DNA of 63,998 nucleotides, the filler included, from Licmophora abbreviata (Eukaryota): NCBI GenBank assembly GCA_900291995.1. It is 14 parts of 14 records of this genome, joined end to end, with 100 filler letters (N's around TTAATTAATTAA, not from the genome) between each part and the next. Parts side by side here need not be neighbours in the genome. Positions count along the whole stretch, not along the records: positions 47,252 to 61,289 come from OLMU01006048.1; positions 61,390 to 63,998 come from OLMU01006049.1; 12 more parts are not named here. One strand, written 5' to 3'. Below the pieces are notes generated by a model that saw only the letters and a program-made list of their open reading frames with translations, searched no databases and was not told where the DNA came from. Position numbers and translations under genes: made by a program. This document shows positions 60,866-63,998 of this stretch, one piece after another. Position 1 is the first letter of the stretch, and every line of letters starts with the position of its first letter.

Positions 60866-62028
60866 ATGGCACGCCCTTCCTGTAGCCTAGCGACCGTTGT
60901 GGCGCTTGCCCTGCTGCTAGTGCTGGTCGCATGGACCGCCACGACTCATACGGCCAAGGAGAGCATCGAGCAGCCGCTTGCTCGCTCGCTCCAGGTCAAT
61001 ACGAACGAGATTGCGTCCCAGTCATTCTCGACAGTCTCGAGCACTCTTTCGTCGTCGTCCTCTTCGTCTACAGTACTGCCCCCGATCGTCACGACTACCG
61101 ATACTGAGCCACGTGGCAACGCCATTGTGTATTTGGTTCAGAAGAAGCACTCCTCGTACGGCCGCGACTCGTACGGTTTGTTACTCAAGTCTCTCGATCT
61201 CTTTTTCGAGAACTATCTACTACTTGACGATCACTACAAGAATGCCCACATCTTCTTGTTTCATACGGGCGACTACAACATGACTGATCNNNNNNNNNNN
61301 NNNNNNNNNNNNNNNNNNNNNNNNNNNNNNNNNTTAATTAATTAANNNNNNNNNNNNNNNNNNNNNNNNNNNNNNNNNNNNNNNNNNNNATGCAGCAGAA
61401 TGGCTACTATTATGGCTATCGCTTGCTATCGTACGAAATGAGTGTCATCAATGGACCCTGGGACGATTACATCAAGGAACGAGCGCCTGCGGACTTTACT
61501 CCGTACCGAGAGTTTCGACGCGGGGACACCCGCGGCGGCGGATTCTACAACAATTGGAGTCTGGCCAGTATCGACTTCTTCTTGAGTGCACCGGTTCAAG
61601 ACTTCCTTCGCTTTATTGATGAGAAGGGGTACATGTATCGTTATCGTCTTGGCGACCTTCAGATCCAATCAGCCGCTGTCTATGCTTTTTGCGAACCGGC
61701 CCGCATTCATCGCTTCTTGGACTTCACGTACGAGCACTTTACGCTGTACAAGAACTCTGGTTGTCCCATGTGGGGTGCCATTGAAGCTGGTTATGATGAT
61801 CCGAACGGAGAGCAGCGCATTCAGCAGTATCGACAAGACATGATTGAACGCAAGTGTCCGTTCCGTGGCGAGGAGCGAAAGTTTGCGGCACAGTACATTG
61901 TGCTCACGGAAGAGCACTTGTCGCCGACGTACTCACACCTTCCACCGAAAGTGAAGGGAAGATTGAGTCTTCCAGCGATCTCAGCTGGTTTGGCCGAACA
62001 AGATGGGATGGGACCGAAGTCGGGATGA
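60866..62028 (+). CDS. GT15 (Kre2/Mnt1-like) glycosyltransferase, type II membrane; middle lost in gap
   Basis: N-terminal TM, Ser/Thr stem, NAIVYL, SLDLFFENY, IFLFH; after the gap YYYGYR, FYNNWSLASIDFF, FIDEKGYMYRYRLGDLQIQS. Confidence 0.75.
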
Positions 62029-62580
62029 TTGTAGAAAAACTTATACTCCGTATTATACTTTGCAATATCATAGTGCCAGATCTCAAGTCGTGGCGTAGTT
62101 GTCGCGCGAGGCCAGGGGATTCTTGGCCTCAATGCTATCGGCCTTCTTAACGCACCCGGTCCATCGCTTTAGCTCGCACCTTGGGCGTGCTGATTGCCCG
62201 CTGCACACACCAACCATATCCAGCAAGCTGCGTGAAGTCATGACTTTGGTTGTCCTTCACTTCTGTCGTTTGTTCCATCCTCGTATAGGATATGAACCGA
62301 AAGAGAAAGGTCTGCAGTGTCTGCAGTGTAGTTTCGCTCTGGCTCAGCATTGAATCAAATCGACTTGGGGACGAGGAAGTTTAAAGTGGTGAGACGTGGG
62401 TAATTATACTACGAGTATATAGTAACAATCTCCGCCGTCATAGCGTCTGTGCATATTCGCATCCAGTATTGTATATATTAGAATATCAAAAGTCATGGAA
62501 GACCGGGGTACGTAGGTCCTAGAGGGTCATCCCAGAAAACGCAAAAAAAGAAGACACGCAGTGCGCAGAGACGGTCAACC

Positions 62581-63897
62581 ATGACGAGGAAGACTGTCTT
62601 TTTTCTGTCCCTTGCGGCGTTAGCCGTAGCGTGTTGTTGGCTGGGAAGAGGCTCGCCTCGCCTCACTTCTCTTCTAGAGCGACGATTGCGACTCGCAGCT
62701 CTCTACGCGCCGTACTCGGACCCCGCGACACTCCTGCAGAAGCAGCTGTTGCCCGCTCAAGACGGCATTCAGTCCGACGGGACGCTCTTCATGCGTCGAC
62801 ACAATCCTAACTCGCCCTGCGACTTTCTGAACAGATATGATGAGGTAAAGCGCCTTCACTTTCACTTCGAAAACTGCTACGAGGGTCAGCTGGGCAACAG
62901 ACTGGGAGAATACTATGGGCGCCATCTAGTCGCCGATGGCTGGAGAGTACCAATGTCCCTGACGTGTGGCAACATGTACGACCAAAAGCCCTATCAGAAG
63001 CTATCATTGACGGCAAGAGAAGCGAAAGTATCTGTCTTGAAGCTACTCAGCAAGAATAGTGCAGAACCAGGTCCGATGCCGACGGATCTGTCGGGCAAAG
63101 CCTACAATGCCCATGATGTGTGCAAATTGTGCAATCCCCCGACGTGGGCCTGCAAGAGGGGCTTGGACATGATGGGCGATACCATGATCAAAGAAATGCG
63201 ACACGTGGCCTATATGGACTGGCGACTGGCAGCTGACCACGGGACGTTGCGAGACAAGGACGACGCCGTCATTCATCTTCGACTGGGTGATGCCTTGAAC
63301 GGACAGCGAGAGCGTGATGAAGGCATTGGCCTCTTTCCGCATGAAACCTACTCGCAATTGTTATTGAAGGCACAATCAGAAAAGGGTGCTATCAAGTCGA
63401 TTGGTATTGTCACGGCCCCGTTCGGCGGCAAGTCGTTGCGATCGTACGACGTAAAACACACATCTCGCAGTAGGGTCGTCGCAACCGACCTCGAACGACA
63501 CATCCGAGAAGTCTTTCCAAATGCTACAGTAACGATACGAAACAGTCCTGACGAGTCAGCCGTAACCTCCTTGGCGCGACTGGTGAATGCACGAAAGGCA
63601 GCGATTTGTGGGTCGTCCACGTTTTGTACGGAAGCCGTGATTGCGACCAAAGGAATGGGCTTTGTGTTTGAAGCTCAAAAGCACAACCCATGGGCCGTTC
63701 ATGCGGCCAAACGATACCCGAATGTTCATTCATACACGGCACCGCGACTGAGCAACAATTATGTTTCGCAGCTGAGCGACCAAGATATGTTGACGTGGCT
63801 GCGAGAGCAGGATCCCAATGTTGGACGAATCGTCGTGGCGGGCCCGCCGCTGATTAGAGGTGTCGCAGGAACGGCGTCAAAGGAGCAAGTGAGATAA
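62581..63897 (+). CDS. Type II membrane GT11/fucosyltransferase-like protein
   Basis: N-terminal TM; GQLGNRLGEY (cf. GT11 GxLGNQ), AVIHLRLGD (cf. HVRRGD), ICGSSTF (cf. xSTFSWW), in the expected order. Confidence 0.6.
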   Translation: MTRKTVFFLSLAALAVACCWLGRGSPRLTSLLERRLRLAALYAPYSDPATLLQKQLLPAQDGIQSDGTLFMRRHNPNSPCDFLNRYDEVKRLHFHFENCYEGQLGNRLGEYYGRHLVADGWRVPMSLTCGNMYDQKPYQKLSLTAREAKVSVLKLLSKNSAEPGPMPTDLSGKAYNAHDVCKLCNPPTWACKRGLDMMGDTMIKEMRHVAYMDWRLAADHGTLRDKDDAVIHLRLGDALNGQRERDEGIGLFPHETYSQLLLKAQSEKGAIKSIGIVTAPFGGKSLRSYDVKHTSRSRVVATDLERHIREVFPNATVTIRNSPDESAVTSLARLVNARKAAICGSSTFCTEAVIATKGMGFVFEAQKHNPWAVHAAKRYPNVHSYTAPRLSNNYVSQLSDQDMLTWLREQDPNVGRIVVAGPPLIRGVAGTASKEQVR

Positions 63898-63998
63898 GAT
63901 ATTGTCAATAGACTGGAATTTTACTGTGTTCAACGGTGGGCGAGTAGTAGCTACGTAGCTATGTATTGCCAGAGCAGACTGCTCACAGAGTACCGCTC

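Noticed and set aside
5669..61389. Recurring TTAATTAATTAA palindrome as a repeat, CRISPR-like array or insertion site
   Set aside because: Always centred in a fixed 100-nt N-run and encodes stops in six frames, so it is an assembly linker; ORF ends reading LIN are artefacts
1..63998. Prokaryotic systems (CRISPR, defence island, operons), transposons, rRNA or tRNA
   Set aside because: Spliceosomal introns and eukaryote-specific genes throughout; no repeat-spacer array, transposase/RT motifs or RNA-gene signatures seen by eye

Overview
Eukaryotic, gene-dense genomic scaffold with short GT-AG introns, almost certainly a diatom (ASAFAP-type plastid targeting signal, bacterial-type AcnB with a mitochondrial presequence, RxL/KxxK motifs, diatom-type LRR and secreted repeat families). 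It is built from contigs joined by 13 artificial 100-nt linkers (N-run + TTAATTAATTAA + N-run) and carries several 1-nt indels at homopolymers. About 24 genes are visible. The conserved genes are Mpv17/PMP22, CWF19L1, VPS15, MER3/HFM1, NOP9, PUB-UBX, TM9SF3, a SAM methyltransferase and AcnB. The main discovery candidates are extracellular-matrix and glycan genes. (i) A ~4,000-aa secreted modular protein (17.4-29.8 kb) has silaffin-like Lys clusters, 8 full copies plus 1 internally deleted copy of an uncharacterised ~190-aa Cys domain, and mucin-like linkers. (ii) There is a bacterial-style AT3-SGNH O-acyltransferase. (iii) At 50-64 kb lie four tandem type II membrane GDS...DGMH (SGNH/TBL-like) enzymes, a GT15-like and a GT11-like glycosyltransferase, and a secreted M8-like protease. 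The four SGNH enzymes and the GT11-like protein share an RxL...DPxT..K stem motif, and the four paralogs show three intron states at one site. All family calls come from motif recognition by eye; no searches were run.
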